Shown here: one piece after another, positions 63,165-64,000 of the stretch
Layout: each line of letters starts with the position of its first letter
Numbering within the stretch: position 1 is the stretch's first letter
Assembly: GCA_902587145.1 (NCBI GenBank)
Contig: CACIKD010000001.1
Location: 122,805-186,804, forward strand
Direction of reading: 5' to 3'
Source: an uncultured Pelagibacteraceae bacterium
GTDB taxonomy: Bacteria > Pseudomonadota > Alphaproteobacteria > Pelagibacterales > Pelagibacteraceae
Length of the DNA stretch: 64,000 bases
The notes under the pieces: model-generated
Told to the model about the DNA's origin: nothing
Databases searched by the model: none
Seen by the model: the letters and a program-made list of their open reading frames with translations, nothing else
Position numbers and translations under genes: made by a program

Positions 63165-63836
63165 TTAAATTCCCCCAAAATTACGTTTTGTTTTATAAAA
63201 ATTTTTTAAAATTTTATTTAAATCCTGAGGTTTAAAATCAGGCCATAATTTGTCTAAAAAGTATAATTCCGAATAAGCTAACTGCCATAGCATAAAATTG
63301 CTTAACCTTTTTTTGCCACCAGTTCTTATTAAAATATCAGGATCAGGAATATTTTTTGTATATAAATTATTTTTTACTTTATTTTCCGTAATTTTTTTAT
63401 GTTTTATCTTTTTAAACGTATTTATTAATTCTTTTTTTGAGCCATAATTTAAAGCCAAATTTACTAAAATTTTTTTATTTTTTTTTGTTTTTTTTATCGT
63501 TTCTTTGAGCACTATTTTTAATTTATTAGGAAGTTTATTCAATTCACCTATAATATTTATTTTTATTTCATTTTTAACAACGTTTTTTAGTTCTGACTTA
63601 AAATAGGAGTGAATTAGATTAAATAAAAAACTGATCTCTGTTTTAGGTCTTTTCCAATTTTCTGTTGAAAAAACATAAAAGGTAACTGCTGGAATTTTAA
63701 ACTTAATTGATGCTTCTACGATCTTTTTAACTGTTTTTACTCCCGCATAATGCCCTGAATTTCTATTCTTTTTTTTTTTCTTTCCCCATCGCCCATTTCC
63801 ATCCATAATGAAGGCAACATGGTTAAGTTTATTCAT
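63165..63836 (-). CDS. uppS: Undecaprenyl/isoprenyl diphosphate synthase
   Basis: IMDGNGRW, FSTENWKR, IRTGG..RLSNFMLWQ. Confidence 0.98.
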   Translation of the reverse strand: MNKLNHVAFIMDGNGRWGKKKKKNRNSGHYAGVKTVKKIVEASIKFKIPAVTFYVFSTENWKRPKTEISFLFNLIHSYFKSELKNVVKNEIKINIIGELNKLPNKLKIVLKETIKKTKKNKKILVNLALNYGSKKELINTFKKIKHKKITENKVKNNLYTKNIPDPDILIRTGGKKRLSNFMLWQLAYSELYFLDKLWPDFKPQDLNKILKNFYKTKRNFGGI

Positions 63837-64000
63837 AATTGTAAAACTTCTTTTTCTTTTTCAGCGGTAATTTTATCAATAGTTGATATATGATCGTCTG
63901 TAAGTTTTTGAGTACTTTTTTCATAATTTTTACTTTCATCCTCTGTAATTTTTTTTTCTTTAAGTTTTTTCTTTAATTCCTCATTAGCTTCACGTCTAAT
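63833..64000 (-). CDS. frr: Ribosome recycling factor, C-terminal part (start outside window)
   Basis: Manual translation IRREANEELKK...ITEDE...QKLTD...KEKEVLQL*; ATGA overlap with uppS. Confidence 0.95.
   Translation of the reverse strand: MRREANEELKKKLKEKKITEDESKNYEKSTQKLTDDHISTIDKITAEKEKEVLQL

Overview
AT-rich, very compact alphaproteobacterial chromosome segment. Gene order, protein sequences and near-zero intergenic spacing point to Candidatus Pelagibacter / SAR11 (inference). Positions 1-27240 (minus strand) hold the translation/transcription superoperon: tRNA-Tyr, tRNA-Gly, tuf, tRNA-Trp, secE-nusG-rplKAJL-rpoBC-rpsLG-fusA, then the S10, spc and alpha clusters, ending in a partial rpoA. 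Next come rlmB, tRNA-Thr, a small surface-glycosylation cassette (GT2, 92-aa membrane protein, GT-C-like protein, galE), trkA-ntrX-ntrY, ispDF-pgpA-cinA, a tpiA-to-ratA block, ppiD-trpEGDC, and lexA (with two SOS boxes)-gltX-PD-(D/E)XK nuclease. The window ends with the frr-uppS-cdsA-dxr-bamA-skp-lpxD-fabZ-lpxA-lpxI-(sugar dehydrogenase)-lpxB envelope operon. Most notable: (1) the tuf stop codon lies inside the 5' end of tRNA-Trp, so RNase P processing would leave a stop-less EF-Tu mRNA, as in mitochondrial tRNA punctuation; (2) a solo Cas4-like 4-Cys nuclease is translationally coupled to gltX downstream of an SOS-boxed lexA; (3) the tRNA-Thr-linked glycosylation cassette; (4) many clean streamlining losses at conserved positions (rpmD, rseP, pdh block, NtrY PAS domain, r-protein leaders). 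No CRISPR array, integrase, transposase or rRNA was seen.
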